A stretch of DNA of 64,000 nucleotides from a virus. Taxonomy: Duplodnaviria; Caudoviricetes. Below, piece after piece: positions 51,115 to 60,494 of this stretch (position 1 is the stretch's first letter; every line of letters begins with the position of its first letter). The notes beneath the pieces are model-generated. The model was not told where the DNA came from, ran no database searches, and worked only from the letters and a program-made list of their open reading frames with translations. The position numbers and the translations under genes are program-made. The stretch lies in the IMG/VR virus record IMGVR_UViG_3300037067_021710. The stretch is one strand, 5' to 3'.

Positions 51115-51630
51115 CTATTTATTATCAGTAGACCCAAATCCGCCATCTTTTCGTTCTGAATTTTTATGAAGTTCTAAAATTTGAGTATACTCAACTTCTT
51201 CAGGTATAGCATATGAGACTGGAATTAAAATTGCTTGAATAATTTTTTCATTTTCTTCAAGAGCAACATTTGTATTCCCAGTGTTTACAATAGAAATATG
51301 AATTTGCCCAGAATAATCTTCATCGATAATTTCTGCAAGTCTATCAAGCCCTTTTTTAGTTGCAATTCCAGATTTATTATGCACAGCTAACATATATCCA
51401 GGGCTAAATTTTATATGAATTCCTGAAGGAATTAAAATTCGCTGCTGAGGTTGTAATGAAATATACTTATATTCATTTTTATTATCAACAATAAAATTAT
51501 GTCCTGAGTTTTTTTCTGCTAATTGTTTTACAAACTCTTCAGAAAACTCAGGAATATAAAAATCTATTCCAGCAGACCTTGATGTTCCTCTTGATGGAGA
51601 TTTAACTTTTAGGGTTTTAGCAAACTTCAT
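51115..51630 (-). CDS. dut: Trimeric dUTPase
   Basis: SAGIDF, KSGIA, IIDEDYSG, IIQAI, RKDGGFGST. Confidence 0.9.
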   Translation of the reverse strand: MKFAKTLKVKSPSRGTSRSAGIDFYIPEFSEEFVKQLAEKNSGHNFIVDNKNEYKYISLQPQQRILIPSGIHIKFSPGYMLAVHNKSGIATKKGLDRLAEIIDEDYSGQIHISIVNTGNTNVALEENEKIIQAILIPVSYAIPEEVEYTQILELHKNSERKDGGFGSTDNK

Positions 51631-51941
51631 TATTGCTTATCCTTTTGCTCAGAATTACCTTTAAAAAGTATACCAAATACCCACGTCAAACAAACTGATT
51701 GCCACCAACTAAGATTTGACGCTAAAGTTCCATTTTTTACTAATTCTGGAAAAGCTGCAGGTATAGCAACTGGCCAAATAAAATAAAGAATACTTCCACT
51801 AATAAGAGCAATCAAGCCCACTCCGCCAAATATAAGTACTGCTGCCCCGATTACTTTTGTAAATTTTTCCATTTTCTTTTTTCCTTGTGTTTAATTATAT
51901 AATATATACAAAAATGTCTATTAACTTAACCATAAAAAATT

Positions 51942-53870
51942 TTAACATTTAACTTCAGGATAACGTTTTCTTTCAGTATATTCCTTTCTCCGTTCTTCAG
52001 ACCACGAGCTTACTGGAACTAAAAAGCCAACAATTCTGGTATATTTTTCTATTATTTTTTTACCACAAATAATACAATGCTTTGTATTATCAATTGTTAA
52101 ATGGCCATCTTCACATTTTTGAAAAAAGTAATTTATAGCAAAATACTGAACACCAGACTTAACTACATACTTAATAATTTTTTTCATTAACGCAGTAGTA
52201 GGAATTTTTTCACCAAGATTTACATGCATAATAGTACCACCCGAAAAATACTTTTCAAAGGTAGCCTGCAATTCTATGCGATTAATAATATCTGTGTCAC
52301 AAGTCAATGGAATAAACTGATTTCCATAAAGCTCAAAAGTATCTTGCTTATACAGTATAGAGTCAACTTTGGCTAATTTTCCAGCAGTCTGCTCAGCAGG
52401 AATTTGTTCTATATTACAACGATAGCCATAGGTTTTAATTTTTTCTTCAGAAATACTTTGCAAAAAAGTTAATATGTCTATTGCAAATTGTTTTCCTCCA
52501 TTTTCATCTGAAGCCATATCATAACCCATAAAATATACAGCTTCATACAGCCCAGTAATACCTAATGTAGAATACTGATTTTCAAGTTTCATAAAACCAT
52601 AAGTATATAAAGGCATTTGATCTTGAGTAATTTTATCTTGTATTAGTTGACGACGGCAATGATTTATTCTATAAGCATCTCTTGCATGCTCATTAAGTAG
52701 TATAAAAAATTTGTCTTTGTCTTTTTTAGCTAATAAGCCAATTCTCGCGAGGTTTACTGTAGTTACTCCAAAAGATCCAACTTTTATTGAACTGCCACCA
52801 ATAAGATTAAAATTTTCTTCTTTTGTAGCTTTAATAATATCTTCCACATTCGATAATAATCTGCAACATGAGCTTAATGCAGTTAAATTCTCTGCGCTAA
52901 AAATATTAAGATGACCAAAATCTAAATTTATTTTACTTATAAAATCTAAAAAGTCAATATCTTCAATGTTTCCTTCACTATCTTTTTTAAATTGAGCCGT
53001 CAATACAGGAAAAGTAAAAATACTTTCTTTATTAAACTCATTAAAAAACTCAAGAAACTTCTTTTGAATAACCATTGCAAAGTCAGCATCTATGCATTCA
53101 CCGTTAATTATATAAGTTTTGCATAACTCCTTTAAAAATATAGAGTCAAAAATAGTGATATTTGTAAATGGGCTCTGAACATCTCGGATCGGCTGATTAA
53201 TTGTATAAATAAATTTTTGAAATTCTTGTCGTAAAAATTTGTCAAATTGTTTTGGAGCATCTTTATATACTGATAAATGATAATTTTTATCATTTAGATC
53301 TTTTTTAAGAAGAGCACTATAAATAACTAAAACATTCGGTATTGCAGTAGCCCCCATCATTTGACGCGAAGCAAACATAACCAATTGTTCTACATGTCGT
53401 AAAAAAGTATCAGCGTGTTTAGCTGGAGATGAGGGTTTATTTGTTATAAATGGAAGACCTTGAGTTACTAAATCTATAGTGTCAAAAGCAAAGCAGTAAC
53501 TCAAAAAGAAATTTGAAAAATCTTGAACATTTAAATCTTTATTTAGTTCTTTTTCACAAAGTTTATTTGCTTCAGAAGTTCCCCACATTTTCTTTGCAGT
53601 TTTCCAAAGTAAATATAAAGAATTTAATTTGTCTAACCCTTTATGAACTTCTGTTTTAAAAGTTGCAATATTTTTTATTTGAACATTAGCATTTGCATCA
53701 ACAGATACATCAGCTACATTCTTCTTTAAAAAGTACCTTTTAGCAAAATTTGTTACATCAAAAGAGTCATCACTTATTCCCTCAAGTTCAAAAACTACTC
53801 GAGGGTATTTATCCTTCATGTCAAGCATAAAATGTTCAAACTGATCATCGTACGACTGCTTAATCCACAT
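51942..53870 (-). CDS. nrdD: Anaerobic (class III) ribonucleoside-triphosphate reductase
   Basis: FTFPVLT, SCCRL, TVNLAR, EQIPAE, CxxxH..CxxC, YTRIVGF glycyl-radical motif. Confidence 0.93.
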   Translation of the reverse strand: MWIKQSYDDQFEHFMLDMKDKYPRVVFELEGISDDSFDVTNFAKRYFLKKNVADVSVDANANVQIKNIATFKTEVHKGLDKLNSLYLLWKTAKKMWGTSEANKLCEKELNKDLNVQDFSNFFLSYCFAFDTIDLVTQGLPFITNKPSSPAKHADTFLRHVEQLVMFASRQMMGATAIPNVLVIYSALLKKDLNDKNYHLSVYKDAPKQFDKFLRQEFQKFIYTINQPIRDVQSPFTNITIFDSIFLKELCKTYIINGECIDADFAMVIQKKFLEFFNEFNKESIFTFPVLTAQFKKDSEGNIEDIDFLDFISKINLDFGHLNIFSAENLTALSSCCRLLSNVEDIIKATKEENFNLIGGSSIKVGSFGVTTVNLARIGLLAKKDKDKFFILLNEHARDAYRINHCRRQLIQDKITQDQMPLYTYGFMKLENQYSTLGITGLYEAVYFMGYDMASDENGGKQFAIDILTFLQSISEEKIKTYGYRCNIEQIPAEQTAGKLAKVDSILYKQDTFELYGNQFIPLTCDTDIINRIELQATFEKYFSGGTIMHVNLGEKIPTTALMKKIIKYVVKSGVQYFAINYFFQKCEDGHLTIDNTKHCIICGKKIIEKYTRIVGFLVPVSSWSEERRKEYTERKRYPEVKC

Positions 53871-54129
53871 CTAAAATTTTACCTCTTTAAATTTATATTT
53901 CTAATTCTTTCTCACTTTTTGTAAATTTATATTCTAATTCTAATTCTTTATCATCTTTCAATTCTTCAATAACCGTTAAAAGAAGCTTAATATTTGGTTG
54001 TATAATTTCACTAAATTCATCCACCCCTAAATGTTGAAAATTATCATGATATTGCTTTGTTAACTCTATTAATATTTCTTTTAATGTAGTGTGATTTTCA
54101 TGATGATAAAACTTCATTTAAAATCTCCT

Positions 54130-54648
54130 TTAATTTTTAAAATAATATATCCCATTGCTACTTAATTTTCTATAATTATAATCATATAACTCTTGATTGC
54201 TACTTGCAAATTGTATATATCCATCATTTTTTATAGAGTGTTGTTGTAAACTCTTTTCAAACTTTCCACATTTTATAAATTGAAAACCTATAATTTTATT
54301 TTCTTTAACATACTCAATTTTATACCCAGTATAAATACAAATATCAAAAGAGTTTCCAAATTGTTTAAGAAAGCTTTTTGTAAACTCTAAATTTCTAGGA
54401 GCTAAACTATCACCACCAGAAAATACTACAGCTTTCGTATCATATTCTTGAGTTTTAATAATAAGAATATTATACAAAGTTTGTCCATCCATATAGGGGT
54501 TTTTTTCATATTCTTGAAGAGTAGAATTTTGGCACTCTACGCAATTATGCTCACAACCTTTAAAATTAACAAGAATTGCAATACTTGACGGATCTGGATA
54601 GTCAATTAAAGTAAAAATTATTGGATAGTGAATACTAACTTGGCTCAT
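54130..54648 (-). CDS. nrdG: Anaerobic RNR activase (radical SAM)
   Basis: GCEHNCVECQN, FSGGD, YTGY, SSNQ. Confidence 0.85.
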   Translation of the reverse strand: MSQVSIHYPIIFTLIDYPDPSSIAILVNFKGCEHNCVECQNSTLQEYEKNPYMDGQTLYNILIIKTQEYDTKAVVFSGGDSLAPRNLEFTKSFLKQFGNSFDICIYTGYKIEYVKENKIIGFQFIKCGKFEKSLQQHSIKNDGYIQFASSNQELYDYNYRKLSSNGIYYFKN

Positions 54649-55229
54649 TGAAGGTAGGCATACAAAGCATCAAATTGGTTTTTAAGGTCTTGTATTGAGC
54701 CACTGTTATTAATAACAAAGTCAAAATATGAATCTGAAACTAAGTCAAGATCAATTTCAGAAATATCAGAATCTACTTCTTTCGAGTCTCTAACTATTCG
54801 TATAGTATAAACGTCTCTATCAGAAAATCGCTTTATTAATTCTGATAGTTCATATAAAAAACGACAATCAGTAACTACTATATTTGAATTAGAAAGACAA
54901 GAATTTTCTTTTATTTCATTCTCTAAAAGATTTACCCAGTAATATTGCCCCATAAGTATTTTTATACTTTGACCGAACCATTGCATCAACGATCGTATAG
55001 TAATTGGTTGGTGAGTAGTAGTATTAATTCCAAGTTCTCTAGACTTATTTGAATAAAAATCTTCTATAGAAATTTCAAAACTAGCAATGTTCTTAGAAAA
55101 TATATATAATTGTTCTTTTAAAGAATCAGCCAACGCCATTTTATAAAAATTTTTTTCTTTAAAAAACTCAGCAAAAGTGTCTTTACCTGAATATTTTTTA
55201 CCAGAAATAAGTACTAATTTTTTTCTCAT
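54645..55229 (-). CDS. Deoxynucleoside monophosphate kinase
   Basis: SGKKYSGKDT, ADSLK, RSLMQWFG, TDCRF. Confidence 0.85.
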   Translation of the reverse strand: MRKKLVLISGKKYSGKDTFAEFFKEKNFYKMALADSLKEQLYIFSKNIASFEISIEDFYSNKSRELGINTTTHQPITIRSLMQWFGQSIKILMGQYYWVNLLENEIKENSCLSNSNIVVTDCRFLYELSELIKRFSDRDVYTIRIVRDSKEVDSDISEIDLDLVSDSYFDFVINNSGSIQDLKNQFDALYAYLQ

Positions 55230-55374
55230 TTTATTTTTTTACCGTATAAAAAACACATGCTTTATAAGGAGTACCATTAATACATAAAATTTCAATATTA
55301 GGATGCTTGCCTAACCAAGTTTTAATTTTTTCATTTACAGAATTATTTGAATAAAATATTTTAGATTTCATCAT

Positions 55375-56082
55375 TTACTCCACAAATAGATCATCAGAAA
55401 GTCTTTTACGTCTTTCAGTTTTTATATCATCATAAAAAAATAATTGAAGAAAATCTCTTGCTATAAGTTGGTATAAACTTTCGCCAAACTTTTCTTTTAT
55501 AGCCTCTACAGTAAAATTTGAGGTTACTATTATTCGGCGGTCTTCATGAATAAAGTTTCTAAGAAATGTATCCCAAGCTCCTATTATTAAATCAGGAGAA
55601 TTTTTCCAATAAATACTTTTTGCTGAGTCAAATATATCATCTATAATTAATAAATCTACACTACTTATTTTTTTCAAATCATCAATTAAATCTTGCTTAT
55701 AATCAAAGCCTGTTGTTTTTAATAGTAAGTCAATAAGATATCCAGCATAAACAAATTTTACTCGAAGCCCCTGTCTTAAAAATTCTTTACCAATAGCACA
55801 AGCAATCATAGACTTTTGAGTCGAATTTCCACCAGTTAAAAATAAGTTTACAGAATGAAATTTTTCTTCCTTACATTTATGAGCATAAATTTCTGCTTTT
55901 TGTTTTGAATCAAGACTTTTTACTCCTTTATAATTAGTAAAATCAATATCCCAATAATTTTTTGGAATACTCGACTTTTTTAATAAAAGGGCATATTTTT
56001 GCTGCTCTAGTTGTTTCCAATATTTTTCGTTTGGAATAGCAACTTCTTCACCATCTATTACTTTAAAAGTGTAAGGTTGCAA
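55375..56082 (-). CDS. DnaC/IstB-like AAA+ protein (helicase loader-like)
   Basis: IPKNYW, degenerate Walker A GGNSTQKS, LLIIDD, IVTSN. Confidence 0.7.
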   Translation of the reverse strand: MQPYTFKVIDGEEVAIPNEKYWKQLEQQKYALLLKKSSIPKNYWDIDFTNYKGVKSLDSKQKAEIYAHKCKEEKFHSVNLFLTGGNSTQKSMIACAIGKEFLRQGLRVKFVYAGYLIDLLLKTTGFDYKQDLIDDLKKISSVDLLIIDDIFDSAKSIYWKNSPDLIIGAWDTFLRNFIHEDRRIIVTSNFTVEAIKEKFGESLYQLIARDFLQLFFYDDIKTERRKRLSDDLFVE

Positions 56083-56236
56083 TTATAATATTCCCTTTTT
56101 AACTAAATACCAAATCACTGAAGTAAAAGGCTTACGATAAGTTATTATATTTGAACTCTGAAGTAAAGACTCTATTTCATTATAAATTCTAAAAGTTTTA
56201 TCTACTACATCTTCTTTAATTTTAGGGAATTGTTCT

Positions 56237-57313
56237 TTACCCATAATATTCATTTTCCAATAAATATTTATTATTTATACATTTAAAAGAAATAATTTGC
56301 CCATTAATTAACTTGGTTGATTTAAAAACTATCCCTTCGCGCTCTACCCCAAAAGCCCCTTTGCCTTCTACATATTTAAGAAATTCATCTATAGTTTTCA
56401 TTTCTTGAAATGGATATGATACTCTAATATAGGGAACATGTAATATATTATATTGTTCAAGCCAAATATGAAAAATAAAATTTCTATTATCTCTTGTATA
56501 ATAATGCTGAGTATCAATATTATAAACATCAAATAAATAAAACTCTATTTTAGAAAGTTTTAAAGGATTACCTTGTATTCCTGGACCTACTAATTCTCCT
56601 TGAAGAGCAATATTTTCTCCAAACTCTCTTAAACATTTTTCTATGCATAAGTCATTACCAATTTTTACATAAAGATTTTCATCATTGCCTTGAAGTTTAT
56701 ATTCCATGTTTCTACTACAAACTCCATATTCTCCATCTTTAAGATAAAAACTTACAGAGCTACCATCAATTTTTTCTGTTTCTTCAAATTCAACATTTCT
56801 ATATCCAAAAAATTCTGGAAGATTTTGTAAACGCTCTTGGTCCGTCTTTTTAAGAAAAGAAGGCATGAATCCTTTTACTAAACCTTGAAGTTGAACTGGA
56901 ATAGGGGCTTCATATTTTTTGATTCCGAGGTTATTTGTTAAATCTGTGTTAATGAAAAAATCTTTATGTTCTTCAATTACCTTAAGATCTATTTCAGGTA
57001 AAGCATTAATAAATTCATGAAGAGGTAATAATAGCCCCTGACTTAAAACGCCGCGTAACTTCATTGTACGAAGTCTATATCCTATACTACCATCAGCAGA
57101 AGTTTTTCTACCACGAGACTCTAAAAATAAAAATGGCTCATGACAAGGAAGCAAAGAGTCAACTTCAAAATAAACAGCTAACTCACCTACTTTAAAATCA
57201 CCTTTTTGTACAACACATTGCCATCCAGGTATTTTGCATAATTCAATTTTGTCTGCTTTTTCAATTGGAAGAATCTCTTGTACTTGTCGAATAGTAGCTA
57301 ATTTTCGTTCCAT
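56237..57313 (-). CDS. RNA ligase, DRB0094-type
   Basis: RKLATIR, YFEVDS, KKTDQER, TEKIDGSS, QGELVGPGIQGN, REGIVFK, SFKCINNKYLL. Confidence 0.88.
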   Translation of the reverse strand: MERKLATIRQVQEILPIEKADKIELCKIPGWQCVVQKGDFKVGELAVYFEVDSLLPCHEPFLFLESRGRKTSADGSIGYRLRTMKLRGVLSQGLLLPLHEFINALPEIDLKVIEEHKDFFINTDLTNNLGIKKYEAPIPVQLQGLVKGFMPSFLKKTDQERLQNLPEFFGYRNVEFEETEKIDGSSVSFYLKDGEYGVCSRNMEYKLQGNDENLYVKIGNDLCIEKCLREFGENIALQGELVGPGIQGNPLKLSKIEFYLFDVYNIDTQHYYTRDNRNFIFHIWLEQYNILHVPYIRVSYPFQEMKTIDEFLKYVEGKGAFGVEREGIVFKSTKLINGQIISFKCINNKYLLENEYYG

Positions 57314-57799
57314 TTTTATTTCTCCTTAAGATCAGTAAAGTCTATTGGTTGATTATTAATAGTCAAATAAGAATACCTATCTTGTAAAACTTCTATACAT
57401 TTTTGTCGTTGTTCATCAGAAAGTTCATGTAGTCTAGCAACTCTTGGAATTTCAGAACCACTAATATTATCAATAATTACGGGTAAAATAGAAGTTCGTA
57501 AGTGATCATCCAAAGAGGTCATATTATCTGCAAAAGGGGCAAGTTGGTATTGATCTGACTTAGCAATTTTAGATAAAATACCATACCAAACTTTGTAGTG
57601 TTTAATAAGAGCTGTTTGACGAAATTTTAATTTAAAATGTAATTTTGTAAGTTTTTCTTCAATAACAGCAAGCTCTATAGCTTTTTGCATTTCAGGTTCT
57701 AAAAACTCTAACCGTATTGAAAGCATTTGAGTGTCTATATCAAAATTAAAAAATCTAGCTAAACAAGAAATATTCACTAACATCTCCTTATATAACTAA

Positions 57800-57828
57800 A
57801 TAATACAAAACTACTTATATAAAATAAC
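57800..57828 (-). promoter_or_regulatory. Putative early promoter
   Basis: GTTAT-N13-TTTTGTATTAT. Confidence 0.6.
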
Positions 57829-57836
57829 TAAAATAC

Positions 57837-58808
57837 TTATGCTAAATGGATTTTCCCTTGACGTAGTTGAGCCAACATAAGAGGCTTTAACTCTACAGCT
57901 GAAGCGTTTTTATGACCTCCACCTCCATGAATTTGAGCTATTTTTGATACATCAAACTCTCCTCGACTACGAAGGCTTACTTTACTATTTGTTCTATCCC
58001 AAGTAGAATATCCAATTAAATATTTTACAGAATCTCCAAGATGATCTAATAGCCGTGACATTACAATACTTATCTTTGACCCAATTTCAACAAAAGCATA
58101 TGAAGTTTCACAATTATCTATACGAAGAGATAAATTATCTTTTGCTTTTTTATAGGAGGCCTCTTCTTTTATTCGAGCACTTTCAGCTGCTTTTCTTTCA
58201 AGAGCTGTAAAAAAGAATTGGCAATTTCTCATTATCTTTGTAAATTGAGCATTTACAAATTTTTGGTGTTTTTCAGTATCAGATTGAGTTTTACATATAT
58301 TCCAATTAATATATAATGAGCTAAATAATACATAATGCAAACTTTTTGCTTCTTCCCAAAAAGGAGAAGTTAATTGCCAGGTATCATATGTATTTGCTAG
58401 ATTAACTAATCCAGCTAAAGTGCGATTTGGTCGAATACCCTCTGATAGCTCTTCAAAAAGAATTTTTGCCCCACAACGAGTATCATCATAATAATAATTT
58501 TCTCTTTCTCCTAAAAGTTCTCGAGAAGTAGCATGATGGTCAAATATATAAACAATTTTTTGTAATTCAATAGTAAGTTTTTCATATAATTCAAGGGTCG
58601 GAGCAATATCAACAAATATTACTATCTCAGCAGCTTCAGCATCTTTCATAGTAAATTCAGACATTTCTCTATCTGCAGTATTAAGAAGAACAAAGGTTTT
58701 TGCTAAAGGAATTAAATAATATTCAGCTACTATTCTAGAGGTTACACCATCTAGATCTGAATCAACTACACAATAAATCTTTTTATCTTTAAAAATAGAA
58801 ATATCCAT
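57837..58808 (-). CDS. DHH/DHHA1 phosphoesterase
   Basis: DSDLDG, FVD, FDHH, SLRS, GGGGHKNAS. Confidence 0.88.
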   Translation of the reverse strand: MDISIFKDKKIYCVVDSDLDGVTSRIVAEYYLIPLAKTFVLLNTADREMSEFTMKDAEAAEIVIFVDIAPTLELYEKLTIELQKIVYIFDHHATSRELLGERENYYYDDTRCGAKILFEELSEGIRPNRTLAGLVNLANTYDTWQLTSPFWEEAKSLHYVLFSSLYINWNICKTQSDTEKHQKFVNAQFTKIMRNCQFFFTALERKAAESARIKEEASYKKAKDNLSLRIDNCETSYAFVEIGSKISIVMSRLLDHLGDSVKYLIGYSTWDRTNSKVSLRSRGEFDVSKIAQIHGGGGHKNASAVELKPLMLAQLRQGKIHLA

Positions 58809-58897
58809 TCAAATCTCCTTTAAAGATATAATACAAACTGGCCTCAAAAAGAATAATTTTTCTGAAGCCAATTTGAAATTAAATTAAATGCTTGTAA

Positions 58898-59173
58898 TTA
58901 CTCGAATACTCCACGTATTACAAGTAAATCACCAGATGTTACATAACTAGTCGAGTTATCAATAATAGTAAGAAGCCCACCCGATCTAGCATAAGTGTAT
59001 TTACATCCAGTCTTTTGAATACCAGTGCGGTCTCTGTGGTCAGCCATAAAAATAAAATCAGAAGTATAAGCAGCTCCAGACTTTATGTCAATTATGACCT
59101 TATTAGCAGTATCTTGAGCAGCAGAAACTGTGTGATAAATAGTAAGAGATTTTTTGTAACTTTTTTTAGACAT
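58898..59173 (-). CDS. Small putative virion protein
   Basis: Beta-rich composition; TTACTAATAATAAAT at about 59230-59244 upstream. Confidence 0.4.
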   Translation of the reverse strand: MSKKSYKKSLTIYHTVSAAQDTANKVIIDIKSGAAYTSDFIFMADHRDRTGIQKTGCKYTYARSGGLLTIIDNSTSYVTSGDLLVIRGVFE

Positions 59174-59257
59174 TTCTAATACCTTTTAGATAAAGTTTTT
59201 AGACTTAAGGCTATTTCTAACCAAATCTAATTTATTATTAGTAATATCTAGAGGAAA

Positions 59258-60463
59258 TTATCTTACATATTCGTTCCACTGGCTTTGTAGTCGTTTCATT
59301 AAAATCTCATCATATAATTCTTTAGGACAAAATCCTTCTTTATCTTCAAAAATATGCTCAAAACATTGTATAATTTTTTGTACACTAAATCGCTCTAAAA
59401 TTATATCTCTATTTCCCTGAGCTTTAATATAATAGGCTTCTTTGTCTTCTTTCCATAATTTATATAATGAAGCTAATCCTACAATAGAATCTCTGATTAG
59501 AGGTACTCCATAATATGAACCGTATTCATAATTATGATGATACATACTATGAGCTTCATCTAATACGTATTTAACAGAATAATTTACAGGAGACTTAGCA
59601 ACTTCAGCAGATGAAGACCAGTTTGTATAAACTACTGGAATTCCACATAGCATTGATTCTACAGCAGGTAAACCAAAACCTTCACCACGACTTAAAAATA
59701 GTAATACTGAAACTGATTTATATAAAGTCACCATTTCTTCAGAAGTTAATTCTTTATTTATAGTGTATATTGAAGTATTTTTACATTCCATATTAGTTTG
59801 AGCACAGCATTTTATTAAGTCTTCTACAGAAAATTCTATATCTGAAAGTAAGTGGTATTTCATTACTAAACGAGAGTCTTTTGTAACCCCTAAAGCTCGT
59901 GAATAAGCTATGATTGAGTCCTCTACTCCTTTACGTTTCGTATTTTGCCCTACAAAAAGCACAGTAAATTTCTCTTCTTGTTTCTTAATTTCTAAATCAG
60001 TAAGAGTATATTTAGAAAAATCAACATAAATTGGAAAATAATAAACTTTCTTTTTTGTTAAATTTAAAAGTTGATTTCCAATAAAATATGAAGAGGCTAC
60101 AAACCCATCAAAAAAAGTAGAGTCATCAAATAAGAAAGACCAAGCTCTTGGAAGTGGTAAAGTTTCCCATAATATATTTAAAAATTTTCTTTTACAATTT
60201 CTCATTAAATGATATAATAATTCTTTATCAATAGGGTTTAACAATGAGAATGGATTAACAACTAAAAACCCGATATCAAATTCATCAGCATTATCTAGAT
60301 TTTCTTTAGAAATTTGTTCTAAAGTATTTACTATTGTTAATTTAGAAATTGTCTTTTGAGACATCATCATTGAAAATATTGTAACAAAACTTGCTGAGGC
60401 ATTTCCATACCCAGCATCTTTTGATGAAAATCCTTGAGTAGGTGCAATTAATAAAACCCGCAT
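59258..60463 (-). CDS. GT4-family glycosyltransferase
   Basis: WET, VGQNTKRKG, SRGEGFGLPAVESMLCGIPVV. Confidence 0.85.
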   Translation of the reverse strand: MRVLLIAPTQGFSSKDAGYGNASASFVTIFSMMMSQKTISKLTIVNTLEQISKENLDNADEFDIGFLVVNPFSLLNPIDKELLYHLMRNCKRKFLNILWETLPLPRAWSFLFDDSTFFDGFVASSYFIGNQLLNLTKKKVYYFPIYVDFSKYTLTDLEIKKQEEKFTVLFVGQNTKRKGVEDSIIAYSRALGVTKDSRLVMKYHLLSDIEFSVEDLIKCCAQTNMECKNTSIYTINKELTSEEMVTLYKSVSVLLFLSRGEGFGLPAVESMLCGIPVVYTNWSSSAEVAKSPVNYSVKYVLDEAHSMYHHNYEYGSYYGVPLIRDSIVGLASLYKLWKEDKEAYYIKAQGNRDIILERFSVQKIIQCFEHIFEDKEGFCPKELYDEILMKRLQSQWNEYVR

Positions 60464-60494
60464 TATTTATCTCCAAATTTTTTAAATTCTATTA

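Noticed and set aside
41986-53870. Inteins or introns in the DNA polymerase or NrdD
   Set aside because: Both ORFs are continuous, and no intein terminal motifs or homing endonuclease motifs were seen.
11141-57813. TAnnTTTG within several promoter sites, resembling the Bacteroidota -7 element
   Set aside because: Only some copies match. Genes use strong AGGAG Shine-Dalgarno sites, which is atypical for Bacteroidota. The GTTAT/TATTAT 17-nt spacing explains the motif better.
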